A stretch of 64,000 bases of DNA from Thalia democratica. Taxonomy: Eukaryota. Below the pieces are notes generated by a model, which ran no database searches, was not told the DNA's origin, and saw only the letters and a list, made by a program, of their open reading frames with translations. The stretch lies in contig OZ241829.1 in assembly GCA_965202585.1 (NCBI GenBank), positions 6,634,001 to 6,698,000 on the forward strand, read 5' to 3'. Every line of letters starts with the position of its first letter. Position 1 is the stretch's first letter. This document shows positions 41,901-56,900 of this stretch, in pieces. The translations under genes and the position numbers were made by a program.

Positions 41901-44900
41901 ACACCTTGATATATTGGTTGCGTTTTTATAACTTTCATTTAAATCGTTTAAAAGTTTCTTTTGTTTAGACAAGTTTCTGTTGTTAGCTATGCTAATTGTA
42001 TCATCTAATAAAACCTTAATAAAGTATTAAATTCTTGTGTACTAGTGAACAATCTAACAATTTATTAACGATGAGGGTTTTTATAATTAACGATTTTTTG
42101 TCTTTGTTAACAGGATAAACAGCTTTATTTGTCTTATTATAAATTACTTAAAATATTTATAACAAAATATTTGTGTTAACCAAAGTTTCTTTTAAAGTTG
42201 TGTTTAATAGTTACATACATAGTACTTATTGTATTTTAACATAAATAAAAAATTACAAAAAGTAAGTATAGTTATTTTCTAAAACAGAGTTTATAACGTA
42301 TATTATATTTTATAAAACCAGACGTTTAAAAAACTAAAGTTGCAAATATTTCATGCGAAGAATATATATAAGTTTCATTTTAATTATCGGTAAAAAATTG
42401 TACTAACTCTTGAAGATAAACTAACGAGTTCTGGTGAGCACGGATAATTTGTTGTTAAATATATACTTATTAAATATATTTAATGTTAAATTAAAATTTT
42501 AAATACATTTTTTGTTCAATTTTTTTATAAAATTATAATAAACTAACGAGTTCTGGTGAGCACGGATACTTTGTTGTTAAATACATTTTAATTAAATATT
42601 TTTAATATTAAATTAAAATAATAGATATATTTATTATTTTATTTTTTTGTAAAGTCATAATAAACTAACAAGTTTTGGTGAGCACGGATACTTTATTGTT
42701 AAATATATTTTAATTAAATGTGTTAAATATTAAATTAAAACATTAAATATATTTTTTTAATCATAAAAAACAAACGGGTTCTGGTGAGCACGGGGCCGAC
42801 AAGGAACGAATCGAACTCGGTATGCAGGGTCAAGTTGTACTGTCTCCCTGGAACTAGGTTGCTAATGACAACGGGATCCAACGACGTGATCTCGCGGAAG
42901 ATGCCGAACGAAGAGTTCTTCGCGTCTGTCAGCTGAAAAAAGTTTCAAAAAAATCTGAAAACTATTTTGAACAGCAAAGGTGTTTTATCAATGCTTACAC
43001 TACTTTACTTAAACACAACTTCGAAATATTTTTTAAAGATTGAAACACTATTATATGTTTTGGTTTTAAGAAAACAACAAATAGAGAGATCTCAACTACT
43101 GAATCAAAAATAATAAAATATTTTAATAAAAATTGAAATACTTTTAATATCAAATAAAACCATTTTGGAATAAAATTTTATGCTCATGCACAGATGTTAT
43201 ACTCACAATAACGTGTAACTTATTTAGTTAATTAGTTCTGTTAGAACAATTTTAAAGTTTTAAAACCTCGATATAAGGATAGTCTTCAATGTTCAAATTT
43301 TGAGGCGGAACGATCGTCAGTGACGTCATAGTTATGTTTGTGATGAACATTTCGTAAACTTCCTTTTCATCTGTAAAATTAATCAATTATTTAGAATTTT
43401 TGATATGAATAAGTAATAACATTAACACTACCAAGTAAATTTAGGTATAAAAATACATAGTTAGAACTGTTTTATTAAATTTTTGATGACTAAAATTTTT
43501 GTGTCTTGATTAACAATATAAATAGAGTCTGAGCTTAAAAATTATAAAATACATTTACAAGTTGTTCGTACAGCTACTAATCTTTGAACAGAAATGCTTT
43601 TTGAAGGAACTAATATCAACAACAAACGTTTAGTGAATGTTCCCCGTGAAGCTTAGGTAGCTCGACCCAGCTACTACCAACCAAGAAATTTTCACATTTT
43701 GCTTATAACAAAAAGACATAAAAATAAATTAATACCAAGCTACCATGTAAAATAACAGTAGAATAAGCACAAACAAGCTAAAAAACAAACGTTTGGTGAA
43801 AATTCCCCTGAAACTCGAGTAGCTGGACCTAACAACCAATAAAAAGACGTAAAAATAAATTAATACCAAGCTACCATGTAAAATAACAGTAGAACAAGCA
43901 AGTCAAAAAACAAACGTTTGGTGAAAATTCCCCTGAAGCTCGAGTAGCTGGACCTGTCCCCGCTGACGGTTTCGATCAGCAATTCGTAACTTTTGTTTTC
44001 TTCCACGTCCTCGAAGATTGCCGTCCCATTTTCCACGACGTCCTCGTCCATGAACTCCCTGCCCGGGTCCGTGTACAGTTTGACCTGTGAGGAGAAAAAA
44101 TATTAATATTTTGTAAAAATAATGAAACTTAAGTCATTTTGATAAGATTAGTGTATGGATTAACTTGTGTTCGAAAAACTAGCAGTCATAATGTCAGCAA
44201 ACGTATTCAATTGATTATTTCGATTTTATTTGTTCTTTAGATTGTTTGTTGGTATGTAATATTAATTGAAACCTGTAAACAATCTTTATTTGGTATGTTT
44301 TTTAACTTAATACAAACTTTTACAAATGGCTACAGATTTGTGCTTAGTAAACTGTTTAGGGCTTTACTAGATATCTAAGAAATTTGGCTTAAATAACAGT
44401 TCTAAGTTTAAATTTTTTCTCAAAAGAAATGCGCCTAATGAAACAAAAATGCTTCTAGTCAACTACTTGTTTAAAAGATATTTAAACTAGTTCATATATT
44501 TTCGTTGTGAATAGTAAAAACTTGAACAACTCTTAAACTTAGAGTTAAGCTTCCATTCTTATAACAGTTTTTGTATAAGAATTTTGAAATAGTAAATTTA
44601 TTAATGAAAATTCTTCTTAGTACTTACGTCATAATAGTCAAAATCTCCTTCCACGATTTTGAACTCGAACTTCAAGTCTCCGTTTTTGTATTCGTATGTC
44701 AACCAAGTTACTGGCAGTGGCACTGAAAAAAGTTTTATATCAAAATAAATCATTATTTGTAGGGACTATTTTTACCATTTGATTCTTAATGTTGTGCAAC
44801 ACTGTTGTATTAAACATAAAATTTAAATAATTTGTGTGCAATAACTTATTTTTAAAATGAACAGTTTACAAAACGAAAACAATCTTTATAAGCTTAATAG

Positions 44901-47900
44901 TAACCGAATGAAATTTGTTTGTTTAAAAAGTAAACACCGAAATGATTAAAGTTAATAAAAGAACAATTAATTGCGGAACAGATATACAAACAAACTCACT
45001 AGTTCTCACAGATACGGGTCCGGCTACGTAGCTACGAACATCGGTATGAAGGGACACGTTGTACAACCTTCCGGGGATCAAGCCTACGAAGTGGAGATCT
45101 CTGTGATCGACAATCTTCAAAACGAACTGGTCCCTAGTGATCAAGTCGCTCACCTGGGATTGAAGCATCATGTTAATATTGTTGTTCATTGTTATTTTAT
45201 TATTTTTCAAGCAACGTGTGTATTATTTTGTGTTCAAATATCTTCAATACGAGTGGTAAGATTGCTTACCTTGAAGTTGGCATGTAACAACATGTTTTCA
45301 TCAACAACTTCTAAAGCTTTTTATAAAATGTGGTTTAAACCAAACCTTTCTTTGTATACCTTTAAAAAGTATACTTCTAATTAATTAAATTGATTTTTCT
45401 AACCTCAACATAGGGATTGTTTTCAATAATGAATTCCTTCGAAGGTGTCACAGTAAATGAAGATGTTGAAACGTTGCTTATACTGATTGTCATTGGTGGT
45501 ACAGCTGTTGAGGTATTATTGAACAAATATTTTAAATATAAATCAACATATTTGACAAATTTGATAATAATTGTAAATACGTGAAACATTATAGATACAA
45601 GTAGTTAAAGGAGTTATGTATGAAGCACAGCAATAAAAGGTAGTTTATTCCGAAAAAACACATTTAATAAAACAAAACAATGTTTTAATCTATTGTTTGA
45701 GTTGTTTAGCTCAAATCACGCATGTTTTTAACAAAAAAAAAATCTAGCGCACAGTATACACTTATCGACTTATTACAGTTAATAATTGTGACATTAATTG
45801 AAGTTAATCAGGTTCAAGTTGAAAATATTTTGTGTAAATACTGTTATGTCTTTTTACACAGCAAAACGTCACCTTTGTTTAATTTAGATTAACTTTAATT
45901 TGGGGGCTGTTGAGTTTACTTAACTTTGTTTCAAAACAACTTAACAAATTAGTTAAACCGCAAACGTAAGCGTAGTTTTTATTATCTGAGTGTAACTAAA
46001 TATAAACAAATTGCCAAATATTATTGTTTATTAATAAGCCAGCCGAGTTCGCTGTTTGTGCCGATTTCAAACAATTTAAAGAGCTTGTTTATATTTTATT
46101 TCGGAAACTATTTCAAACAGGCTTTGTTTATACTGCTTGCTTTAAAAGGTCAAACAGGTAACTTTTTAGATGTAAAAATATATTAAAGTAGTTTTTAACA
46201 AGTTTGCTCAACTATGCAAGGTTTATAATTTAATGACGGTTTTTGATTAACTGAAAAATACCAAAACTGGATATGAACAATAGTTTTTGAAATATACAAC
46301 AGTATGTTTTTCAATGAAACATTTTAAACTAGTTTAAAAGGCTGAAAAAAAAGTAATCTAAAATACTAATGAAAAATATAAATGAACATGTGAGTCAATG
46401 GCTGTAAAAGTTTATAAAGTTTTTAAAGCGTAATAAGCTTAATATATTTAAACTAAAACAAGTGGATTACAAGTTAAACCACTGAATTAAACTTATGAGA
46501 CTGATTAGTAGTAAGTTGATTTGAAGACTTCAACTAAAACAAAAACGACGATGTTTTTGATAAATTTTAAAGCACAATAAATTTTAAGCTAAAGTATTTA
46601 GTTGTAAATTTAACTATCAATCAACGAGGTTTAATAACTATGCTTTTAGACGAAATAAAGAACATTTTTAGTTTAAAAAAAAGAAAAAAAAAACTTAAAA
46701 TTTACAATAATAAAACTCAACATACGAGGCTTAAAAAGTTAGACTGCCAAATTAGGTTTATGAGACTAATAAATAATAAGTTGATTTGAAAATTTGAATA
46801 CATTTAAAACTAAATAACGAGATTTAACCAAAAAGCTTTCGATAGAACAAATAATTTAACTTGGACTATTAAAATAAAATGTTCTTTAAAATTAACAATA
46901 ATAAAATTCAACATACGGGGCTTGACAACGATGTTTTTGATGATCTTCTTGGCTTCCGTCCTGTTCACATCTCCGCTCACAGTGGTGACCTCCAGTTCGT
47001 ATCTGATCAGGGGCTTCACCGTTTCAAAGCTGACCCGACCCACGTTTGTAATTTTACTGTCCACTAGTTGACGGTACATGTCCCTGGTGTACAGGTCCAC
47101 CTGAAAGTTGTGAAAATATTTGTAAAAAGTTTTATATGTTTATTATATAAAATATATATATTTTTATCAGTATGTACAGAGTGACCGGTAATTTATACAT
47201 ATTGTAAACTTCAAGTTATCTTATAATTCTTGTCATATTAACTATATGTGTTTTTATCAATATGTAGAGGTCTACTGAAAGCGGTAATTTTACGTATAAC
47301 AGACTGGTCATTTTATAACAAAAATATTGTGTAAAAAGATTTTTTTTTTTCCCTAAATAACAACATAACTTTTATAATATATTAGTTTTCATCAGTTTTT
47401 ACACAGTTTATTTTGTTGAAACCTGGTCTTAATTATAGTTTAAATCATAATGTATGATGTTTTATTTTAATAAAATATTTAACACATTGAAGTAGATTAG
47501 ATAAAACGACCAATCTATGAATTAATTCCGTTAGCACAATCTTAAACTAAAGAAACGTGAAACGTATTTACTTTGGGCTTTCAAACACTTCATACTTATG
47601 AAAATTCTCAAAAACTTCACTTTCTATTATGCCCAAAATGTTTGAAGCTTAAACAACCTTGACAGCTTACATTGTTTTTGTAAAACAACATAAATGTTAT
47701 AAAGCACGCCTTTAGTAGTTAATTATTTTCAATTTGTTAGAGAAAGTATGTTTGTTTTGACTTGTCAAAGAGTCAAAATTAAGACAGATGTTTATAGTAT
47801 TTTTTAAGCTTTACTTATTTGCTTATCTTTGACATATTTTTACATACTCTAGTACACTACGATTTTTAAAGTATGATAAGTACACATCTGTTTTTTACTT

Positions 47901-50900
47901 AAAGACTGAACAACTAGTGTAACTAATAACAATAAATTTTAATCTACTTATACGGTAGACGGATTTAGAAATAAGTTTTGTGCAGTGCTACTTAATTAAT
48001 CAAAGCTTGAATATTTGTTTACACTAAAAATTTGCTTTATATATAACTTTACAGTTTTATACGCATTATTGATCTTATTTAACTTAAAAACCCTTGACAT
48101 TTTATAATTATATTTGGTAGAAAAGTTTAAAAAACAATTATTCTTAAATTATTCTATTAGTATTAGTTTATCAAGACCACAATTTAACAGCATACGACTA
48201 AATAATAATTTTTTGTTTAGCTTTCATAAAAACAGTCAAAGCTTGAGCAAAATTTGAGAATTTACAAATGGAGTAGTCAGATATGTTTAATCTATATAAA
48301 AGCTCAATGATTACGTCATAGTTACCTACCTCATAATAATCCCAGTCGCCGCTGACTGTATCAAATCTGAATTGAAATATTCCGTCTTCGTAAAATATTT
48401 CTATATTTTCCTCCACTGGCAATGGGTCTAAATAAAAAAATAAAAAAAATTTTTTGATATCAAAAGTAAAAAAAAAATTATAGAACTGTTGGTGCTTAAA
48501 ATTTAATACAATTTCGAACGTTTAGATAATCGTTTTCTCTTGAGAATTAAGAAGGTATTTAGGCTATTACTTTATTTAAAATTAGTGCCACTTATTTCAA
48601 GTAACAAGCATTGAACTTTTAATTCTTATAACAGAAAAGTCTTTAAGTCAAAATTCCTTAGTCATACTTTTAGTTATACTTGGTTGTCGTGTTTTTATTA
48701 AGATCATTCAGTACACAATTTAATTAACAAAAATAGAAAAAAACTACGAGGTTGCGTACGTATTGATATGCAGCAAAACACTTTTAAAGCCTTCTGTTAA
48801 TAACAATCCGACAATGTAGCTTGCTAAAACTAGTTGTTGGAAAGTTTTAACGAGGTTATAAAAAACTAACAGGTCCTGACGCTTCTGGGGCCAGCTAACA
48901 AATTGTCGTCCTGTGAGTACAGAGAAACGTTGTACAACCTTCCTGGAGTGAGGGCAGTGAAAAATATGGGGTAATCCAAAACGATGTTCCTCTTATTCAC
49001 CTCGTTCGTTGTCAGGTCCATTACCTGTTGGTTTGTACTTAAGTTGGATATGCATATTGATAAAAAACATTAATAAAAAAACTCTTACTTATAAATATGA
49101 ACAAATTTTAAGCTTTTAAATAAACTGCTTATAGTGTTTTGCTAGACTTAATTTGAACAAACTGGTTGTATTAAAAAAATGCAAAAAATCTCAGTAGTAA
49201 AGAAAAAGTGTGCTCAAAAATTTTCGGCGAGGTTCTAATAAACATTGTAGTTTTGAACTTAGTTTTAATCAAAACGAACCTCCACATACGGATTGAGGTT
49301 GCTCTTGAATCCTCGAGGTGGAATGACGTTGAAGGATGTAGACGTCACGTTTGTCACGTGAATTTTAACTGGAAATTATTTTTAATGTTCAGTACTTTAA
49401 AAGTCATAAAATTTTACTTTAAAATTTTAATAACTAAATAAAATTAACTTTAAAATTACTTGATCCAAACATTGCTAATTTAAAAATTGAAACTCCAACT
49501 TAAATTATTTTTGTGAAGTGTTTTTAAAATCCGTACGTTTACATATCAAATATTGAAAATTCACAATGTTCGAAGACAATACGAGAAATAAGATATTGGT
49601 TGAAGTAATTTTTTTTTTCATTCCTTTTAGTTATAAAAAATTCTAACTGTTAAACCTTCTACTCAAACTACTTTTGTTACTTGCTTTCAATACTACATGA
49701 CCTCTCGCATCTTTACGCACTAGTGACGTTACGCATCGTTTAGTTACGCATTTGTGCGTAAATTAGTGAGAGGTTACTGTATATACATTTTTTCATATAA
49801 TTACCTCATATTTATTTATATTTAAACATGTTTTATACTCACAAGGTTCCGGTTGTTCGAAGACGATCTTCACCGAAGTCGAAGTCTCGCTCCTCAGTTC
49901 GCCTCGTTGGGAGAAAATGTCCAACAAGTAGACTCCCTCCTCGGGGATCGGGAACCTCAATCCCGTTTCAGGAGTCGATTTCTCCCAGATCAGGTATCCG
50001 TCCTCGCCGGTTCTTACGAACACCAGCACGTATCTGTTTAAAAAATAGTTGAAACAGTTTCTTTGTGTTGTTTAAAATTAAGTAGACTACAGCTGTATAT
50101 TTATTAAACTTGTTTTTTTACGAGCACCAGTGCGTAGCTTTTTTAGAAAAAATCACTAGAGTTAGTTACAACAATCGTTTGTTAGGTAAAAACCTGTTTT
50201 ACAGTATCGTATTTGTGTGATTTAGTATGTGTACTTTAAATTCCTTGTTGTGATAAACAACTAAATTGGGCGGTTATTAAGAATCTCAGCGATTAGCTTA
50301 AATCAGAATTTCAATTGCAAATAAGCTTTCAATATACTAATTATGATGTCACAAACCCGTAATCAAACCTTAAATCAGAATTTCGTAACAAAACCAATTA
50401 TTGTTTCTTGTGCGGTAAATTAATCACGTTTTAAAATAACACTTGTTATTTAGTTTTTACCGACAAATAAGCTTTAAATATACTAATCATGACGTCACAA
50501 ACCCGTCTACGTCATCAACTGGGTCCCACGTGACCTGAATTTCGTCATCGACGACTGACGTCAGCACGTTTGTTGGTGGTGGGGGCGGTACTGAAAAAAT
50601 TAAGATAATTAATTATCAATATTTTTGAAGAAAACAATTTAATCTCTTGATTATTAATACTACTGAAAAAATTTTTGAATTAGCTAATAAAACTTTTCAT
50701 TCACGACTTATGTGACAAAAAAAGTTAGTAATTTGTCAGTAACATTAGTAGTTAATGTCAGAACGTAAGTGGCACAAACAATTTTTTCTATTTCTAATGC
50801 AGCTTTTATAAAAAAAAAATGTCAAAATCCGTTTTGAAAACATAAGGCTAACTCGTAAAAGTCAATTTTTTTGTATTTAACGACTTGTAAAGTTTAAATA

Positions 50901-53900
50901 AAAACAAACCGGGGTTGTCGGGCTTGTAGGGAATTTTGAACACCGTGGGGTTCATGCTGGCCAGGTTGCCCATGGTGGACCACATCTCGGCGTAGATGAT
51001 CCCCTCGAAATCGCCCAGGCTGACGTCGACGAACGTTTCCGGGGTTTTCCGGTCGAACAGGATCTTGTTAGTTCCGTTTATCGTCAACCGAACTTGGTAT
51101 CTGGAGAACGATTACAATATAATTTTTTTTAATAAACACATGGTGAAACAAAGTTATTTGTTTCAACACTTTCCTTGCCGTTAATAGCAAAAATATCTAG
51201 TTCAGCTTAAATTAATAATACTTTGACGTTTAAGCGTACCCGTTGGCTCTTTCTACGGGCTCCCAAGTTATTTGGATTCCGTCTTCTATCTTCCAAATCG
51301 TGAAGTCTTCAGGTGCTTTTGGAGCTGTTGTTTTGTAAACAGTTTTAATTTCACTTAAAGTTTATTTAAAAAAGTTATAAAGTCACAATTAGTAAAGTTA
51401 CAAAAGTGAATTTATATAAAGTTGTAATTAGTAATAAAATTATAGCTTACAGTTTACTTTTTATAAATATACACCTTGCGGCTCAGGTTTTCACACCTGA
51501 GTCCAACATTGCGCAAAAACAATACAGCAATGTTAACCGAATAAAAATTAAAAAAAAACAACAACATACGTAACGTAAAGTCGACGGTTGCTCTGGACAC
51601 TATGACGTCACCGCTCTTGTAAGCAATGGCCGCCTGATGCTGGTATCCGGACTTCAGTTTTCCGACCGTGATGTCGTAGACGCTGTTCGATTTCACGTCT
51701 ACTATCTCCTTGTATCCGACTTGTCTGAAAACATTAGGTCAAGTGAGTTTGGTGTTGATTTTTGAAGTTCTTGTTTTGCATTTGACTAAATCTTGGTAAG
51801 CATGTGTCGAATAAACTTCGTTGTAAACAATATACTCTATGTTGAAACAGTCATGCTGTGGTTTACGTTGTGAGTTTGTTAGTTATCTTTATATGATAGC
51901 TGATAAGTTTACCCCTTAGTCCAGTGCTTAGGTTTTTGCTTTAGATAGTTACAAACTGCTTATTAATACAAACTTTCTGCTTTCAGTGCCATCAAGAAAG
52001 TGTATGTAAATTTCTGTATAAACATAAAAATTATCATTCTAATTTTGTAAAACAAACTTTCTATAAAAAAAAGTAGATAAATTTCAATGCAATTTTTAAA
52101 TTTTTAAATGCTTATTAATACAACAACAAACTTTCTGCTTGTAGAGCCGTCAAGGAGGTGTATGAAAATTTCAGTGCTGGTGACAAAAGTGTCTTCGGCG
52201 CCGATGACAAACTTCAGCACCGCCGTCTCCTCGTCAACAATCTCAACTTCCAACGGGCTCTTGTACGCTGTTGTTTTCATTTGACAATTTACTAATGTTT
52301 ATATTTAGATTGTATTTTTGTAAATAATTGTGTTAACATTTTTCATTGACGATTATAAAATTGATTTTGTAAAAGTTATACAGTTGTACAAGTTCCGCTT
52401 CATGCTTACTTTATTCCAATACTATATATAAACAATATTGCACTTTTGAACGGGATCTTGTACGCTGTTGTTGACGATTTATTCACTTAAAGTGCATGTT
52501 ACATTACCTTTTTGTAAGTAGCTTTTTAACATTTTTAAATGGAAAATGGAAACTTTATGTTGTAAAAACGATATAGTTCTAAAAGTTTCGCTTCTTGCTT
52601 ATTTGACTTTGAGTCTATAAATATGAAACAGTGTTGCACTCTGCAACAACATGAGTTTTAAGTTTGATAGCATAAGTTAACAATTTCTACAAGTTTAATA
52701 CTGACCGTGACCAGTATAGTAGTAACAACAAGTTTGTCGCTAAACGTCGAAACTTAAAACAAAAATAATTTTTACGCAACAGCATAGTTTTGATAACGTG
52801 ATACTGTACATTTTGTTAATAGCATATATATATATATATAAAGTGACGTACATAGTAACTTAATAATAGTTCAAACAACTGACCGGTAGTAACGAACAGC
52901 TTGTCGCTGAACATCGAGATGTCCTCTCCCGATTTTGCTCTGACCTCCACCTGATATCTGGTTTCGGGAAACACGTCGGTTACCTCAACCTTGTCCGTAT
53001 ACCTGACTTCGAACGCCTGAAAAAATGTTAAAAAGTAAAAACTCGCTTAAACTGCTTTAAACAAAAATTTACTCAAGTAAAATATTTAAAATATTTATTA
53101 TATTTGAAAATACCTGCACGAGATCAAGCTCGTCCATGACTCTGACGACGTAAGAAGTTGCCCCTCTTACCCGATCCCACGAGAACTATTGAAAATTTTA
53201 ACAGATTAATTTTTTTTCATATACATTTATATATATATTTAAAGATACAAATTATGAAGCTGTTTGGTTTTAATTGTTGTACTCATACTGAAAAGTAGAC
53301 AAAGTTTGAAAACTAACTGTAAACGAAGTTGTTTTTATTTCGTTTATTCTCAAGTTTAGAGGCTTGTCCAATACATCTGTTTTATTGATATAAGATAATT
53401 ACTTTTTCAAGTACTTTGAATTTTTTTTAAGCTATAGCTAAATTTGTCTAGTTGTTTTAAACAAAGAAGGTATAAAGCATTTATGTATGTATTTCAAAAG
53501 TTTAGAATTATTCATTTATAATAAAACGAATAGTTTAAAATGCTTTTCTACTTGTTTATAATGAGCATGAATCTTTTAGCTACATTTTACTTCTTCCTAT
53601 ATATACTCACCAAACACAAGGAACTTGTTGTGTGGTTCACTCTTTTGTTTGTAGCTTACAGTGACCACCTGAAGCAGGTATTGTTGACCTGGTATCAGTA
53701 TCTCCCCTGCTATGTTCCACACAAGATCGGAAGTTGCGTTTATCTGTTAAAAGTTTATGTCTACATAAGCATAGAACTTAGCATACTTTTTAACGTTCAG
53801 TTACAAACACAAATAATTCATAAATTTTTTAAGTAATGTAAGTATGAAAACAAAAGTTAACAAAAGTGTTATCGATTAAAACCTTAAATGTGTCTTCAAC

Positions 53901-56900
53901 TTCAACGCAGTTTGTATTTTTCACGTTAAAATCATTTTATAGTTGTATTAATAAAAGTCAACTCAGAAATAACATCAATAGTTTTTTTTTTCAAACTGTT
54001 AACAACCACTCACTACAGTAGTAACTTCTTCGCCGATGGTTTTTTTAAACTATTAACAATCACTTCTTTTTTTTTAATTTTTTTTTAGAAAACTGTTTTT
54101 TATTTTTTATTAACAATGACTCACCACAGTGGTAACTTCTTCGCCGACTAATATCTGACCAGCGGGTGTCGTCGGAACGAACAACAACTCGTAATAATCT
54201 TTTCTGCCCTCTGCTGGCAGAAACTGTATTTCTAAGACGTTCGAAACCGCCTCCACCGAGCCGCGAACCTGCGTCACTCTTGCAGGTCCTGTAAGTTGTG
54301 ACGTCACAATGCTGTTAAGTTCTTACAAAGAAATACTCAATTAATGTAATCAAGTTAAAAGTCTTTACGGTGTTACGTTGAATAACTTATTAGCCTTGAG
54401 ATTAAAAAATTTAACTTCAAAAATTAATAAATAGTTTTACTGTTAGCAAAGATGCTTCAGGATGTTTTTTATTCAAATAAAAGTTTTACTTTCTATATAT
54501 AAACGGCTAATTTTAATAAATTTGAGTAACCAAAACAGTTTTATTTATAGTTGCAAGTAGATTATAGTTGTTGTACTAACTTGTATAGAAGGTAGACACG
54601 GATCCAAATTCACTCGCTATGTACGCGCTCGAGTTGAAAGAAGCCACTGAGAACTTGTACTCGTTGCCAGGAAACAAGTTGTATGCAGTGAACTGGGAGT
54701 CGTAAGCGAAGAAGGTCCTTGTTTCAATGGCAACAGAGTCCTTGAACATCCCGAAAATTCTCACGATGTAGCCCTGTAAAACAGTTTAAGAATATTTAAA
54801 TGCGAGCTACTAGTTAAGTTAGCCTTTTTATCAATTATAGGTAGCTTGTTAGCTTTTTGGCACATTCTTTATTATATAGCGCTGTGAGAGGTAACATTGT
54901 TTAGTGTAAGTGACAGTGTAAGTTATATTTTTTTTTATAAGGTTTAAGTGCTTAATGAACTCTACAGCATAAGGTTCCAAATTTAAAAACATATTTATTA
55001 ATTTTAAATCGAGTTGCTTACAATCAAGATTGTTGATAGACTTTAAAGGCTTCATCGTTTTAGCGTATAATTTTTTTTTAATTTACTCTTTTCAACCTAC
55101 AATCACACGAAACAATTTTATTTGCAAACTAACGGCAGCTTGTTCGCCATACCAAAGGTTGTGATAAAGTTTTAAAGTTTTTTAGAATAAAAAAAAAATA
55201 AAATAAAAACACTCTACTAAAACTAGTTGATTGTTTTTCAAAATTAACTCTAAATTTTTTCAAACTAACGGCGGCTTGCTCGACTCGCTGCCACTTGGCA
55301 GTTATCGAATATTCGTCAGAGTTCACGAGCTCCAGCTCCCTGGGAACGTCAGGAATGTTGACGATGATGCTTTCAACGCGGTACTCGTCAGATACGAGCC
55401 TGTCTGCTTGAGTGAACACCACTAACAGGTATCTGTGGTTCAAAAGTAACACAACTGTAAATTTTGTGCATTAAAAGTTATACACATTAGTTTTATATGT
55501 ATTTGTAAGTTAGTGGTCCGCTCGAGTGAAAACCACTAGCAAGTATCTGTGACATGAGTGAGTTAAGTTGTTAAGTAAATTAAAAAATAGAATGTTTCTA
55601 TTTGTGTTATGTGTATTTGTAATTTTGTAGTAGTCTGTTATGAAAACAAAATTAAATTTTGCTTACCCAAAATTATAATAAATAAACGTGAATTAATTTT
55701 ACAGTTTTCAAGATGGCAGTTTTACAGTTATTAACGATAATTAAAACAAACACTAATTACTCGAAATAAAAACTTAAAACGGAATTAACTTTTTGCTTTC
55801 AAACGTTCCCGGCAGGAACCCGGTTATGACGTCATCTTCGTTATCGCTGACGTCAATCCTCAGTGACGTCACGTTTTTGTTCAATACCTCATCGTACATT
55901 ATGACGTCATAGTGGGTCGACCTTCCTCTCGCCCTGGGAAACCGAATGTTCATCCCCCCTTCGACAAAGTTGTACTCCAAAGACTCGATCATTGAAGGCG
56001 CTGTGATTGTCAAGTATTTATTTTCTCTTTAGTTTACTGTATTATTTTTATTAACTGTTAAACAATAGGTTTTCTCAAAGCTGTAAGCAACTGCAAAGTA
56101 AAAAGTAAGTTTTGATCATTGCCGGTTTCGTGTGGGTAGGTTGTCAAATAGATATTTATACTTATCTAAAGTTTTTTTAGGTGAATGCTCCCTTGTCATA
56201 GTTAATCATTATTTATTGTTGCCGTTTGTAAAATTGTATTTTTTCTTTTAAAAGAGTTTTAATTTTCAAAACATAGTTGACATTTATTCTTAAGTTATTT
56301 TTAAATAAAATTTTCAGTCATTAATGGTTCTTTGAAATACTTTTGAAAAATAAAATAGTGAATAGGTTTAAAAGGTTTATACTAAATGAGTGTAGTTAAA
56401 AGACTTGATAGAAAATTTATTTTCTAGAAAAAAGTCTATAAAAAGTAAGTAAAACGTAGTTTAGTTAATTTAAGCAAACTGACTCAACAAAAATGTCTCT
56501 TAAATAAGCTTAGTATTAGTTTGATTAAACTTTTATTATTGTTTAAGAATTTGTCAATGTTTAATAGGTACTTCAAATTTTGCAACAATAAGAAGCGAAT
56601 TAGGTAGACAAACTTTTAAGTTTTTAATTTAATACAACACTTTTTGAATTTACATAATACAAAGTGTTTCATTAAATTGCTTCGGTCTTTTTAATTTTAT
56701 CAAACTATTAAAACACATTCAAGTAACTAACTATTTTGAGGTGTTTATATGGACAAAACTAATATATCAAATTGCATTCTTTCAATAAAAAAGCTTTATC
56801 ATAAATCTAATATTAATGTATAAATTCAGTAGATAAATTATTTTTTAATATAATGATTTTTGTATCTGCGAGCATTTAAACTGGTTTGGACGTTTACTTT

